From a virus, in the IMG/VR virus record IMGVR_UViG_3300042892_002669, positions 1-64,000 of that record: a stretch of 64,000 bases of DNA; one strand, given 5' to 3'. Below, piece by piece: positions 39,829 to 49,349 of this stretch (the first letter of the stretch is position 1; each line of letters begins with the position of its first letter). The notes below the pieces were generated by a model. It searched no databases, had not been told where the DNA came from, and worked only from the letters and a program-made list of their open reading frames with translations. The translations under genes were made by a program, and so were the position numbers.

Positions 39829-40518
39829 TTATAATCTTGCATCCTGTTGTTGTTTAATAGCAGCAGTCAATTTTACTAAATCAGCATCTGACAATTTAGG
39901 CAGTAAATCTGAAACTGATTTTAGCGACACTGTTCCTGCTTCTGCGGCTGGTGTTTCTTCCTTAGGAGTACTTGCTTTGATTGCTTGGAATAGCAATTCG
40001 CCAATGTCCTTAAGTTCGGCTGTGCCACGGGTAGATTGGTAATTCTTTGCCAGCTGGTTACACAGATTCATTATGTCATAATCGTACGGTGCTATATTTA
40101 CTCCGGCGGCGTACTGTTTGATAACCTTGTTCAAGTATCCTGCCAGATCAAATTGATCTGGGCTGGTTCCTGATTGCAGGATACGTTGATTTTCTGCCTT
40201 GACCGCATCATAGTTGGGATCCGTGGGGTTAATCGTCTTGCCCCCATAAACTACAGGTTGGTTGGCCGCAATAGCCTGCATATTTTTCTGTGCTACTGTA
40301 TAGGCTTGCTGTTGTTTTTGTATTTTGGGCCACACAATAGCTAACATGCCGCCGATTTTTTTGGTAAATTCACCGATAAAATGACTTTTTTTCAGAGCAT
40401 CTTGTGCATATGTGGCACCCTTTGAGTATCCGGCTGCTGCTCCCAAGGTGCCTATTCCAGCCTTGATCCAATCAGTGATTGCTTCATTAATTGTGCTGTC
40501 AACTTCCTGGAGTTTCAT
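39829..40518 (-). CDS. Hypothetical probable internal head protein
   Basis: MKLQEVDSTINEA start. Confidence 0.7.
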   Translation of the reverse strand: MKLQEVDSTINEAITDWIKAGIGTLGAAAGYSKGATYAQDALKKSHFIGEFTKKIGGMLAIVWPKIQKQQQAYTVAQKNMQAIAANQPVVYGGKTINPTDPNYDAVKAENQRILQSGTSPDQFDLAGYLNKVIKQYAAGVNIAPYDYDIMNLCNQLAKNYQSTRGTAELKDIGELLFQAIKASTPKEETPAAEAGTVSLKSVSDLLPKLSDADLVKLTAAIKQQQDARL

Positions 40519-40753
40519 CTTTTTTCCGTATGCTTTTGCTGAATTTGGTCTGGTCTTTGCTTTTTATTGCACTGAGTAACTTACGTTCCAAAATACTAGC
40601 CCGGTCAGCATCATAGTGCTTGTTGATCATTTCTAGCAAATTGATCGCACTGGTGATAATGTTGTTGGCGCGGCTCTCTATGATATGACTAGTATCACGT
40701 TTGTCGCTCATAGCTTCCAGTTCTTCTAGTAAACTTTTTGTTTTTCGTTCCAT
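40499..40753 (-). CDS. Hypothetical protein
   Basis: 84-aa ORF after late promoter 40774-40781 and AGGA RBS. Confidence 0.75.
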   Translation of the reverse strand: MERKTKSLLEELEAMSDKRDTSHIIESRANNIITSAINLLEMINKHYDADRASILERKLLSAIKSKDQTKFSKSIRKKDETPGS

Positions 40754-40779
40754 ATTCGGTGTTCCTGTAAGTATATTTA

Positions 40780-42192
40780 TCACTTTTTAAGACTATTGAG
40801 CATTGCCCTCAGTTTTGTACTCTGCACTTCCGCTACCACTTTCTTCTCCGGGGCTGCATCCATAACTTCACTTACATGAGTAGGACTAACTACTTCACTG
40901 GAAACCTTGAATTTACTCATAATTTGATTGGCTGATGACTGTTGATTATTGGCTGCATAATCGTCAGTTCCAGGGTCAGTAATTCTAAGTGTTTCTATGT
41001 TAAATTCTAGGTCAATCTTCTGTCCAACACCACTACTGCTTCGGGTTTTCATCAATTGAATCTGATATTGACCACGCTCGCGCATACTTCTACTGGTAAA
41101 GATACCTATCACGTTATCTGCTGTGTTGATCTTTGAGATACCACCACTAATATGACTGTGATCAAATTCAATTTCTTCCACTGCGCTACGATTCAACTGA
41201 CTGGCTGTTACCAACAACACATTCAATTCTTTGGCTAGATTTCTAATTTCTTCTGCTACATACTTGTCTTTAATGAACAAATCACTGGGGCTTACTTTAG
41301 CACTCACTGGCATCAACAAGTCCAAATAGTCAATACACAGGAAGTCCACTTTGAAGTTGGCTTGGATTTGCAGTTCTTTGCAATAAGCCCTGATATCATT
41401 CACTGTACTCTGTGCTGGCATATACTTGATACGAAAGTCACCCGACTTCTTGGCAGTCATTTTGACTTTCATTTCAACTGTGTCTAGTTCTCTGAAAATA
41501 TCTCTGGCACCCACTGAAGTAACCATGCTGTCAATACGCATTGCACTCAAGCCTTCACTGAGTTCCAGTGTTAAGTATACGCCACTGAGTCCTTGCTGTG
41601 CCCAGTTCACTGCAAGATTTTGCATGAACAAGCTTTTACCTGAGCCAGATCCGCCTGCAAAGATTTGTAGTTCTCCACGATTGAATCCACCATACAGTGC
41701 TTTGTCTAGCACTGGCCAGCCTGTACTGACCTGTCCATTGTTGTTCTTTAGTTTCATCAGGCGAGCACGAGGATCAGAAAAGTAATCAGTACCCATGTCT
41801 TTGCTAATACTGATCTGAACTGCGTCTTTAATCAGTTTCTCCACAGGATCATAATCACCCTTCTCTAACAAGTCGGCTGATTTCAGAATGGCACGTTCTA
41901 GTTCTTGTCGTTTGGTAAACTGTTCAAACTCATCCAGAAACCATTCACAATGACCTTCACCCAAGTCGGCCACTGGCTCTAAATCAACACTGCATGATGC
42001 AGCGATTTGACCAGGTTCAGGCAGCGTGTTATATTTCTCAGTGTGTTCCTTAAAGAATTTAACAACAGGTTTCAATGCCTTATCAAAGTTTTCAGGATTT
42101 ACTATGTTGGATACTCGGGTGTATAATTCACCGTCAGTAACCATCATGCGCAAAAACAACTTCTGAACTTCGAAATTATAATCTTTTAACAA
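40780..42192 (-). CDS. gp41: Replicative DnaB-like helicase (gp41-like)
   Basis: GGSGSGKS, LELSE, IDYLDL, TASQLNRS, KTR. Confidence 0.95.
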   Translation of the reverse strand: MLKDYNFEVQKLFLRMMVTDGELYTRVSNIVNPENFDKALKPVVKFFKEHTEKYNTLPEPGQIAASCSVDLEPVADLGEGHCEWFLDEFEQFTKRQELERAILKSADLLEKGDYDPVEKLIKDAVQISISKDMGTDYFSDPRARLMKLKNNNGQVSTGWPVLDKALYGGFNRGELQIFAGGSGSGKSLFMQNLAVNWAQQGLSGVYLTLELSEGLSAMRIDSMVTSVGARDIFRELDTVEMKVKMTAKKSGDFRIKYMPAQSTVNDIRAYCKELQIQANFKVDFLCIDYLDLLMPVSAKVSPSDLFIKDKYVAEEIRNLAKELNVLLVTASQLNRSAVEEIEFDHSHISGGISKINTADNVIGIFTSRSMRERGQYQIQLMKTRSSSGVGQKIDLEFNIETLRITDPGTDDYAANNQQSSANQIMSKFKVSSEVVSPTHVSEVMDAAPEKKVVAEVQSTKLRAMLNSLKK

Positions 42193-43150
42193 TATTTTTC
42201 CTCTGCATTTCTATTTTTATTTTACTAGTGGTCGCACTCTGTAGTATACTTAACAGAGTGGGAAACTTGCCATATTTAATTACTGCATCATTAACATCTT
42301 TTATCTCATCGTGCCAACTGGGTATGCTTACACTGTATCCCAACTCTATGGCTCGTTCACACACTGCCATACCTGGCTTGTCTCTGTCAGGAACAAATAT
42401 AATTTGACGATTCAGTTGTCTCAGTAACCTTGATTGCATGTCACTGATATCATTGTGCATCAATGCGCAACCATCTATACTCAGTGCATCAAATATGCCT
42501 TCAACCAAGATACACACTTGCCAGTCTGCCTTCTGTTGATCGTAACCAAATACATATCCCGGTTGTTGATCGTTGATGTACTTGGGTATTCTAGTGTCCA
42601 AGAATCTGCTGGTATTGCCCACTATAGTGTTTTGATAGGTATATGGTACTATAACTCGGTTACTGTTTCTGCCAGTGGCAGTGGGTGATACAAAGAATTT
42701 GAACTCTACTGGATTTACTTTTCTAGACAACAGGTAGTCAACATAAACTTTATGCTGTGGGTTGGTCAAATCTAACGGTTCACTGTCAGGCAACTGAGTT
42801 TGTTTAAAGTGTAGGGGCTTTTCTTTTTTAAACTTCTTGGTAAAGTCCAATAGGTCTTTGTTCTGCAGGCTTTCCAAGTTCCAGCGTTGTATCTGTTGTT
42901 GATCTACGCCGCACCAAGTTAGAAAGTCTCTGGTTTTCTTACTTAGACTGTTGCCAATTTCCAGATTACAACTGTATCCACAATTGAAACAATGATATAC
43001 CCAATTGGCGCCTTCAGTAAACTTGATGCCACCGCGCTGCCGTCTGTCCACGGTGTGACCGCGCTTGTCGCAGCAGGGCGCATTGAAGCTATGCCAGCCG
43101 CTGCCGCTTACTTTCTTCTTACCAGGAACAATCAATAAAATATCAAACAT
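42176..43150 (-). CDS. gp61: DNA primase (gp61-like, Zn-ribbon plus TOPRIM)
   Basis: CC...HCFNC, VEGIFDA, PDRD..G, KDVNDA. Confidence 0.92.
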   Translation of the reverse strand: MFDILLIVPGKKKVSGSGWHSFNAPCCDKRGHTVDRRQRGGIKFTEGANWVYHCFNCGYSCNLEIGNSLSKKTRDFLTWCGVDQQQIQRWNLESLQNKDLLDFTKKFKKEKPLHFKQTQLPDSEPLDLTNPQHKVYVDYLLSRKVNPVEFKFFVSPTATGRNSNRVIVPYTYQNTIVGNTSRFLDTRIPKYINDQQPGYVFGYDQQKADWQVCILVEGIFDALSIDGCALMHNDISDMQSRLLRQLNRQIIFVPDRDKPGMAVCERAIELGYSVSIPSWHDEIKDVNDAVIKYGKFPTLLSILQSATTSKIKIEMQRKNIVKRL

Positions 43151-43198
43151 GCTAGTATTATAGCATACTGTAAGACAAAAGTATAGCAGTGTGGTATC

Positions 43199-43975
43199 TT
43201 ATCTTACCAAAACTCCAGCTACATCACCTGCTGTGCCGGCAAATTCTATACGATAGAATGGATGAGCACCATTGGGAATAGTATAGCCAATTGTAGTTGA
43301 GTTGGTGCTGTATGTGTAAACATCATCAATTGCATACCAATCACCTTGCACCTCAGTGGACGCTTGCAATTGTACCGTACCGGTATAATTACTGTATGCT
43401 ACCTGCATGGTAACAGTGGAGTCTGATGCCAATTGAAATACACTGCTATAAAAGGTAACCGCCACGTTTCCAACTGGATATTGGTGACTGGGTATCCCAA
43501 CTATCTGGGATGGTACGAATTCGGGCAGTATGCTGTCTAGTACCTGTATTACTCCACTGGCGGTGGTGTCTGAGTCTGCAAACACTGGGTACCCAGCTTC
43601 AGTTGATCCAGAGTCTTTCCACTCCAATGAGTACCTGCACATTTGTGATGTGATTGTATTCAACTCACCGTCGGTGACTTCTAATATAGCAATACCAGTT
43701 AATGGCAGCGCACCCAGTGTTGGATCAGTACTAAGAGCTTTGGTCATTAGTACACTCTTATTGTCATCACTGAGCAATCTGAACGATATTTCTTTTCCAG
43801 TGACATCAACTGGCTTTTGCTCTTGGTTTAAAAATTGGAATTGAATCTTATTTTTAACGCCCTTGTGCAATTTAATGGTTTTTGCGTACACGTTTTTGTA
43901 TCTCCTAGCTGAGTTTCCATGCGAAACCACTACCGTTTGTCTGGGGGTATAGTAATAAACAGAGGTTGAGTACAT
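43199..43975 (-). CDS. Hypothetical beta-rich virion protein
   Basis: Late-promoter-like AATAAATA upstream; FQFLNQEQKPVDVTG pattern. Confidence 0.65.
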   Translation of the reverse strand: MYSTSVYYYTPRQTVVVSHGNSARRYKNVYAKTIKLHKGVKNKIQFQFLNQEQKPVDVTGKEISFRLLSDDNKSVLMTKALSTDPTLGALPLTGIAILEVTDGELNTITSQMCRYSLEWKDSGSTEAGYPVFADSDTTASGVIQVLDSILPEFVPSQIVGIPSHQYPVGNVAVTFYSSVFQLASDSTVTMQVAYSNYTGTVQLQASTEVQGDWYAIDDVYTYSTNSTTIGYTIPNGAHPFYRIEFAGTAGDVAGVLVR

Positions 43976-44052
43976 GCGAATTAGTCCTTTACACTATTTA
44001 TTAAATTTTTCGGTAATAGTTCCAAGATAAATATCCGTGAATATTGAACCTT

Positions 44053-44430
44053 ATGCATAACGAGTTTTTCACTAACCTAACTGCCAACCATCCATTTATC
44101 ACGGTCTGTTCCTATTCGGGACAAGATTATGTGGGTATAATCCAAAACCGTGATGATATAGTCACCACTATGTACGATTATGGGGCTATCGTAACCAATC
44201 CATTGCGTGAAAAGTTCCTAGAATTAGGGGACATTTGGTGGTGGGAAAGCAACAGACTGACGCCCATTAACCTGTTTCTCAAGGATGATTGGTCTGTGTT
44301 CAAGCAGTACTTGCGTACATTCAACAACAAAAGTCTAAACGTGCTGCATGGCCCAATCTGTAGCATCAGCGAGCTGAGCAAAAAGAAATCCAAACGTAAA
44401 TCTATTACCCTAGTCCGGCGTCTTGGATAA
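44053..44430 (+). CDS. Hypothetical protein
   Basis: Plus-strand ORF after GATAAATA at 44026-44033; WWWESNR..PINLFL. Confidence 0.75.
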   Translation: MHNEFFTNLTANHPFITVCSYSGQDYVGIIQNRDDIVTTMYDYGAIVTNPLREKFLELGDIWWWESNRLTPINLFLKDDWSVFKQYLRTFNNKSLNVLHGPICSISELSKKKSKRKSITLVRRLG

Positions 44431-44979
44431 CAAGTTCATGTGTACTACAACCAGATGGGCGTAGCCGATTGCATGCGCTTTCTTAAAACTGTACCCTTCA
44501 TCGTTCTTATCCCACACTGTCTTTGCAACTTCGCTCCATGCTTTGCCTATCAAATGCTTTTTTGCTGGTCTGATCAGTGCTAAAAACATGGCCAGTCTGG
44601 GAATACTGTTCACTGGCTCTGGCATCTTGCGTAAACTATTGTAGTGATTACTCAAGTGCAACAGTCGGCTGACGAAAGCACTGTCATTCAACTGCTTCCA
44701 ATCAGGTTCCCGCATCAGTGATATTAACTCTGCTTCATCCTTGATTAAATTGTACACGTGTACATTCAGCAAGTCTAACTTCAAGTAACCACGTTTATCT
44801 GCCTCAGTGTAATCAATATTGGCCATGCTGTTGACTGCATCATAGGGTATGTCAGTTATATGCACGCCAGTGGTGTGCTTGCGCATGGGAGTGACCTTGC
44901 GCATGGCTGCAGGAATATGCTTGATATGTTCAAGTATCTTGCTGCGATCACCAAAGTCAATATCAATGTCAAAGTTCAT
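44410..44979 (-). CDS. dnaE: DNA polymerase III alpha (DnaE)-like catalytic fragment, miniaturised (split gene part 2)
   Basis: DIDIDF, KHTTGV, GYLKLDLL, LALIRPA, YSFKKAHAIGYA in DnaE order within 189 aa. Confidence 0.9.
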   Translation of the reverse strand: MNFDIDIDFGDRSKILEHIKHIPAAMRKVTPMRKHTTGVHITDIPYDAVNSMANIDYTEADKRGYLKLDLLNVHVYNLIKDEAELISLMREPDWKQLNDSAFVSRLLHLSNHYNSLRKMPEPVNSIPRLAMFLALIRPAKKHLIGKAWSEVAKTVWDKNDEGYSFKKAHAIGYAHLVVVHMNLLSKTPD

Positions 44980-45524
44980 GGCTGCATCACGCCTGCATCA
45001 ATTAGTTTCCTGTATGCCCTCTGTACCACAATAGCCTGACGTTCTGCATCTTCTACTGCTTTGTGTGTGGTAACATGTCCACCATCTTTTAGTTTAACTC
45101 CAGCAACTTCATACAGAGTTCTGGTGTCTCTCACTGTGTAGAAGGGCCATGGGCATCTGATATCCAGTTGCGCCCAGGCATTCTCCATGGCCACACAGTC
45201 AAACGCTGCACCATTACTCCACACTGCTCGCTTGTTCCAGCAAAACTTGTAAAGCTGTTGCATGGCATCACGAAAAGGAATTCGGCCTTGGTCTCCCATG
45301 GCCTCCTGCTGTGCTGCCAGACTTTGTGTACCCCACCACCTGAGTGTATCTTCATTGATTGTTCTGTTGAATTGCTCAGTTTGTTCTTCAATGGTGGGGC
45401 GCAATTCCAGTCGTTCCACTACGCCAGTTCCCTTGGGATCAAATCTGACCGCACCAATAGTAAGTATGACACAGTAAGGACTTGTGTCTAAACTTTCAAT
45501 GTCAATCATTATATCAGTTGCCAT
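44976..45524 (-). CDS. DEDDh (DnaQ-like) 3'-5' exonuclease
   Basis: MIDIESL, WSNGAAFD, RDTRT, HKAVEDA. Confidence 0.9.
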   Translation of the reverse strand: MATDIMIDIESLDTSPYCVILTIGAVRFDPKGTGVVERLELRPTIEEQTEQFNRTINEDTLRWWGTQSLAAQQEAMGDQGRIPFRDAMQQLYKFCWNKRAVWSNGAAFDCVAMENAWAQLDIRCPWPFYTVRDTRTLYEVAGVKLKDGGHVTTHKAVEDAERQAIVVQRAYRKLIDAGVMQP

Positions 45525-45527
45525 ATA

Positions 45528-45770
45528 CTAACTCCATCTTAATACAAAAAAGGTTACTTCTTGATTCGTTGAAAATTCCAGTGTCATTCCTGTTATTGAT
45601 TCTTTACCATTTGCTAGAGTAGCGTCACACCATTCTTCTAATTCTGTTAAGTGCTCATCCCAATACACGTAATCAATCAGCAATACCCAATGATCAGCCT
45701 GACACGAAGGAAATGCCACTGTCTTAGGACATACAATGAATTTAAGTTTAGAATCTATCTTTTTTATCAT
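45528..45770 (-). CDS. Hypothetical protein
   Basis: 80-aa ORF ending F.LRWS. Confidence 0.7.
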   Translation of the reverse strand: MIKKIDSKLKFIVCPKTVAFPSCQADHWVLLIDYVYWDEHLTELEEWCDATLANGKESITGMTLEFSTNQEVTFFVLRWS

Positions 45771-45784
45771 TTAGATAATTAGAA

Positions 45785-46066
45785 TTACTCACCGTTTACC
45801 AGTTGCTGATTGTCCGATACCAACGCCAACAGTGCATGAGCAGTGAATGTGACCTGCTCCTCAGACAACTTTAAGTTGTAGGCATGATCCAGCATGTGCA
45901 GCACTTCGTGATACACTGCTATTTTTTTAGTTTGATCAGTCATTGTTTGATTGATCCAAATCTCCTGGGTGTTGAAGTTGGCCAGCCCCACTCTGCCTTC
46001 CATTTCTTCAGCAGTCTTGAGTAAGATTTCGTACCGCAATCCACATATTTGTATATTATCTATCAT
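45785..46066 (-). CDS. Small HExxH metallopeptidase-like protein
   Basis: GLA.F..QEIWIN, YHEVLH, downstream EEQV. Confidence 0.7.
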   Translation of the reverse strand: MIDNIQICGLRYEILLKTAEEMEGRVGLANFNTQEIWINQTMTDQTKKIAVYHEVLHMLDHAYNLKLSEEQVTFTAHALLALVSDNQQLVNGE

Positions 46067-46069
46067 AGT

Positions 46070-46765
46070 TTACCATTTCAATTCTGTCATCAATTGTTTT
46101 ATTTCATCTGCTTTGTCAACTTCTTTGCTAAATTTAATAGCCCACTGCACTGGATTAATGTAGTCGTAGACCATCTTAACTTGGTCATGAGCCAACTCAT
46201 CCAGCAGTTTAACACCACTTTCACTTTGATACAACACCCATGGGCTAATTCGTCCAGTGGTGATAGCATAGCATATCTTGTTTCTGTTACCATAACGCAA
46301 GTAATCATTTGGTTGTAGTTTTTCAGCTTCAGCCAAATCCAAACAGTGTGACACCGTGCGTGTCACTGCATCCAATGCATTCTCAGTTTTGGTATATTCC
46401 AATAGGAACTTGGTATAGTTTGCATCACTGGTCCATGTATCCAACTTGATATTTTCTTTGAGCAAGAAGTCTACGAATCTGGACACGTTCACGCAATTCA
46501 TTGCCACACTGTAGGCGCCAAATTTTACAAAAGCAGTGTAATAGGCAGACTTGATAAACTCCTCATATGTACGAACTTTTTTACTCAGGCTATTTTTAGT
46601 GTAGAATTGCAACCAGCTTTGAAATCCTATTTGATTGCCCCTACGGTCTCTCTCCAACCAACGATGTTTATACTCACATATGTGCTTGAGTAATGTACTC
46701 TCACGCACAAAGCTCCTGTTACAAAATTCACACGAGTGCTTGTCAGTTGCCGCGATCTTGCTCAT
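46070..46765 (-). CDS. Hypothetical protein with N-terminal Zn finger
   Basis: CEFC..F..E.TL.KH.C. Confidence 0.75.
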   Translation of the reverse strand: MSKIAATDKHSCEFCNRSFVRESTLLKHICEYKHRWLERDRRGNQIGFQSWLQFYTKNSLSKKVRTYEEFIKSAYYTAFVKFGAYSVAMNCVNVSRFVDFLLKENIKLDTWTSDANYTKFLLEYTKTENALDAVTRTVSHCLDLAEAEKLQPNDYLRYGNRNKICYAITTGRISPWVLYQSESGVKLLDELAHDQVKMVYDYINPVQWAIKFSKEVDKADEIKQLMTELKW

Positions 46766-47339
46766 ATTGTTCTATTTCTTCGTCTGTTATAATATCATTG
46801 AGCACACCAATGTCAGCTAATTTTAGATTGGGAAACATAGTTCCCAAGTAGAATTTACGCCGTTGTTGTTTTACAACTTCTTCGCTAACTGCTTTTATAT
46901 TTTCGGCTGATTCTTTAGTATATATTTTTGCATAATAGTCAGACACTTCCTTGACTGTTGCTTTGTCTTTTAACAGAGAAACTGCTGCCCTGATATGCGG
47001 GATATACTGATGGAACTGTTTTCCCAACTTGGGACTGGCTGCGCACAACATCAACCACTGCAGTTTACTGTGCTTGGCTATTGCCTCATTTAACAGATAC
47101 GTATTGGCATGTTTCTCCAAGCTTTGCAAGTAGTACTGTTGAATGCCACTGCTGGCTTTCACTGCACTCATCCAATGAGCCAGCATAAAGGGCACAAACT
47201 TTTTACGCTGTTCATCAGTTAACCTGTCATAGTAATCATAGTCTTTTCTGTCCAATGCATCCAGTGCAGGAAACAATGGGAAGTCAGTGTCTGTGAACTT
47301 TTCGTCAGCCGAGGTTTTTGTTGTCTTTGCTTTTGCCAT
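46743..47339 (-). CDS. Putative clamp loader small subunit (gp62-like)
   Basis: KKFVPFML..WMS and KLQW..L patterns resemble gp62 of T4-like phages. Confidence 0.55.
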   Translation of the reverse strand: MAKAKTTKTSADEKFTDTDFPLFPALDALDRKDYDYYDRLTDEQRKKFVPFMLAHWMSAVKASSGIQQYYLQSLEKHANTYLLNEAIAKHSKLQWLMLCAASPKLGKQFHQYIPHIRAAVSLLKDKATVKEVSDYYAKIYTKESAENIKAVSEEVVKQQRRKFYLGTMFPNLKLADIGVLNDIITDEEIEQYEQDRGN

Positions 47340-47842
47340 CAGAATGCCTGGTTATAATCTACAATCTCACAATTTCTACTGACTTCTTTAACAAAATATA
47401 TGCATCTGGGTTTAGGACCATCTTCAATTGGCACACACAAGAACTGACCATTCTTCAATCTGGGCGCATACCAAGTTACATCATGGTAGATATCAATTAT
47501 CTCAATCTCACAGAACGTGGGCTTGAAACTGGTGAGAGGATTGAACTCAAATACCTTGAAGCCTCTGTCATTGATACTGGTAAGTGGCAGTGTTTCCAAG
47601 TCACCCAATTCTGGTTCGCCAATCAACACTTGCCAATCAACTGGCATCTTGATTATTTTTTCTGCGATTCGTAGTACCAGTGCTGGACTGTTAAATGATT
47701 CTAAAAAGATCAGGGGAATGTAATGATAGTCAACGTTTGCTGGATTACTGTTATCCAAAATAGCAAAGCGCAGGTCATCTATTTCTTCCGGAAGAGTTTC
47801 AAGATTGTAAGCGGAGTTGTTGTCTAGTGTAAGAATTTTCAT
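47339..47842 (-). CDS. Hypothetical all-beta protein (possible degenerate Hint fold)
   Basis: 167-aa ORF behind its own sigma70 promoter. Confidence 0.7.
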   Translation of the reverse strand: MKILTLDNNSAYNLETLPEEIDDLRFAILDNSNPANVDYHYIPLIFLESFNSPALVLRIAEKIIKMPVDWQVLIGEPELGDLETLPLTSINDRGFKVFEFNPLTSFKPTFCEIEIIDIYHDVTWYAPRLKNGQFLCVPIEDGPKPRCIYFVKEVSRNCEIVDYNQAF

Positions 47843-47848
47843 GTTATT

Positions 47849-47877
47849 ATTATAGCAGTATATTAGGAGTAAGTCAA
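47849..47877 (-). promoter_or_regulatory. Sigma70 promoter TTGACT-17-TATAAT, 6 nt before ATG
   Basis: Read directly; extended -10 TG present. Confidence 0.75.
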
Positions 47878-47879
47878 TC

Positions 47880-49337
47880 TTATCGGTACTTTAATTTTTC
47901 TACAGTAAATGGATAGTTAGCATCCTTGTAAAATTCTTTCCGCTTGGTCAGGTGCCGCTTGGCAAACTTACAGCTACTGGTTATATCCCAGATCATCACA
48001 TGATCTTTGTCTTCAGCTTTTCGGATACCTCGACCAATCGATTGTATAACCCGAACGAAGCTTTTTCCAGGCTCAATAAGAACAAGGTTAAAGATACGGG
48101 GTATATTAATACCCACAGCAGCAACACCGTAAGTTGCAATAATAATTTTACCAGTACTTGTCGCAATTTCATCATATTCTTCTTTCCTTTCAGTTAATTT
48201 TGTTTCGCCACTTACAAACACACTATCAGGCAGTCTGCTAATTAGTTCTTTACCAGCATTGACACGATCTACCAGTACCAGAGTATTTCCGGTAGCATTG
48301 ACCTTGAGAATCAACTCAGCCATTGTATCCAGTCGGTCAGTGTCTTCCAGTAAATGTTTCAACTCACTCTGATAGTTACTGAACTCCACAGTGTCCTGCA
48401 GTTGTACAATATTTACATGACACTGTGCCAGTACGCCTCTGTCTTGCAATTCACTGGCCGATAATTTGTTGGTAACTGCACCAATACTTACCAGCAGTGA
48501 TAGCTGTTGTGATTTCTCTTTTGGAATAGTTCCAGTCAATCCCCACCGAATGGGTACTTTAGCAAATGGACCAGTCAACATTGTTTTTAGTGCATCGGCC
48601 TGCGCCATGTGCGCTTCGTCAACCATGATGCATACCACATCTTCAATAAAGTCTACGATTGAGATTTCAGCTTCACCTGATTTAGTTGCCTTCATCATGT
48701 TGTTAAGGCTTTGCCAAGTGCATATGGTATGCGTCTTGCCAATGTCTTTGCGATCACCAAAGTAAACACCCACATCCAATCCCAAGTTGATGTAGTCTGC
48801 TTCAGTTTGTACCACCAAACTCTTGTTGGGTACGATAACAATGCTACGACCATATTCTTCTACACTTTTGCTCAATGCAGCGGTGATCAGAGTTTTGCCT
48901 GCACCAGTGGCCACTTCTTGCATACTCTGTGGGTTGGCCAGAAAGTCGTTAACAATGGACACTTGATAGTCACGAAATAAAACTGGATCGCCTGCTCGCG
49001 GGTGACCCACTGGCCATGTTTTGTCGCTGAATGTATCTTCTGTTATCTGTGTAAAATTGAAATGATGAGTGTGCTCTCGCAAATCTTCCAATTCAATATC
49101 GTAGCCAGCGCTGTCAAGCACTGGCAAGATTTCTTCTAGTAGATTTACATAAGTAGAGCCACCCAAGCTGAAATAACTGACCTTGCCATTCCATCTGCCC
49201 AGTCTCACTGATGGCAAATATCGGGCGCCAGGTACATCAAACTCAAACATCTTCATTAACTTTCTGCGTTCTGCTACTTCCAGGCCAATCAGCTTGCAGT
49301 TTACTTCATCTTGTATTATTATTTTACATTGACTCAC
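47880..49337 (-). CDS. uvsW: SF2 helicase UvsW-like
   Basis: RDYQ, ATGAGKT, DEAH, GLTGT, QSIGRGIR. Confidence 0.93.
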   Translation of the reverse strand: MSQCKIIIQDEVNCKLIGLEVAERRKLMKMFEFDVPGARYLPSVRLGRWNGKVSYFSLGGSTYVNLLEEILPVLDSAGYDIELEDLREHTHHFNFTQITEDTFSDKTWPVGHPRAGDPVLFRDYQVSIVNDFLANPQSMQEVATGAGKTLITAALSKSVEEYGRSIVIVPNKSLVVQTEADYINLGLDVGVYFGDRKDIGKTHTICTWQSLNNMMKATKSGEAEISIVDFIEDVVCIMVDEAHMAQADALKTMLTGPFAKVPIRWGLTGTIPKEKSQQLSLLVSIGAVTNKLSASELQDRGVLAQCHVNIVQLQDTVEFSNYQSELKHLLEDTDRLDTMAELILKVNATGNTLVLVDRVNAGKELISRLPDSVFVSGETKLTERKEEYDEIATSTGKIIIATYGVAAVGINIPRIFNLVLIEPGKSFVRVIQSIGRGIRKAEDKDHVMIWDITSSCKFAKRHLTKRKEFYKDANYPFTVEKLKYR

Positions 49338-49349
49338 AGTGAGTTATCC

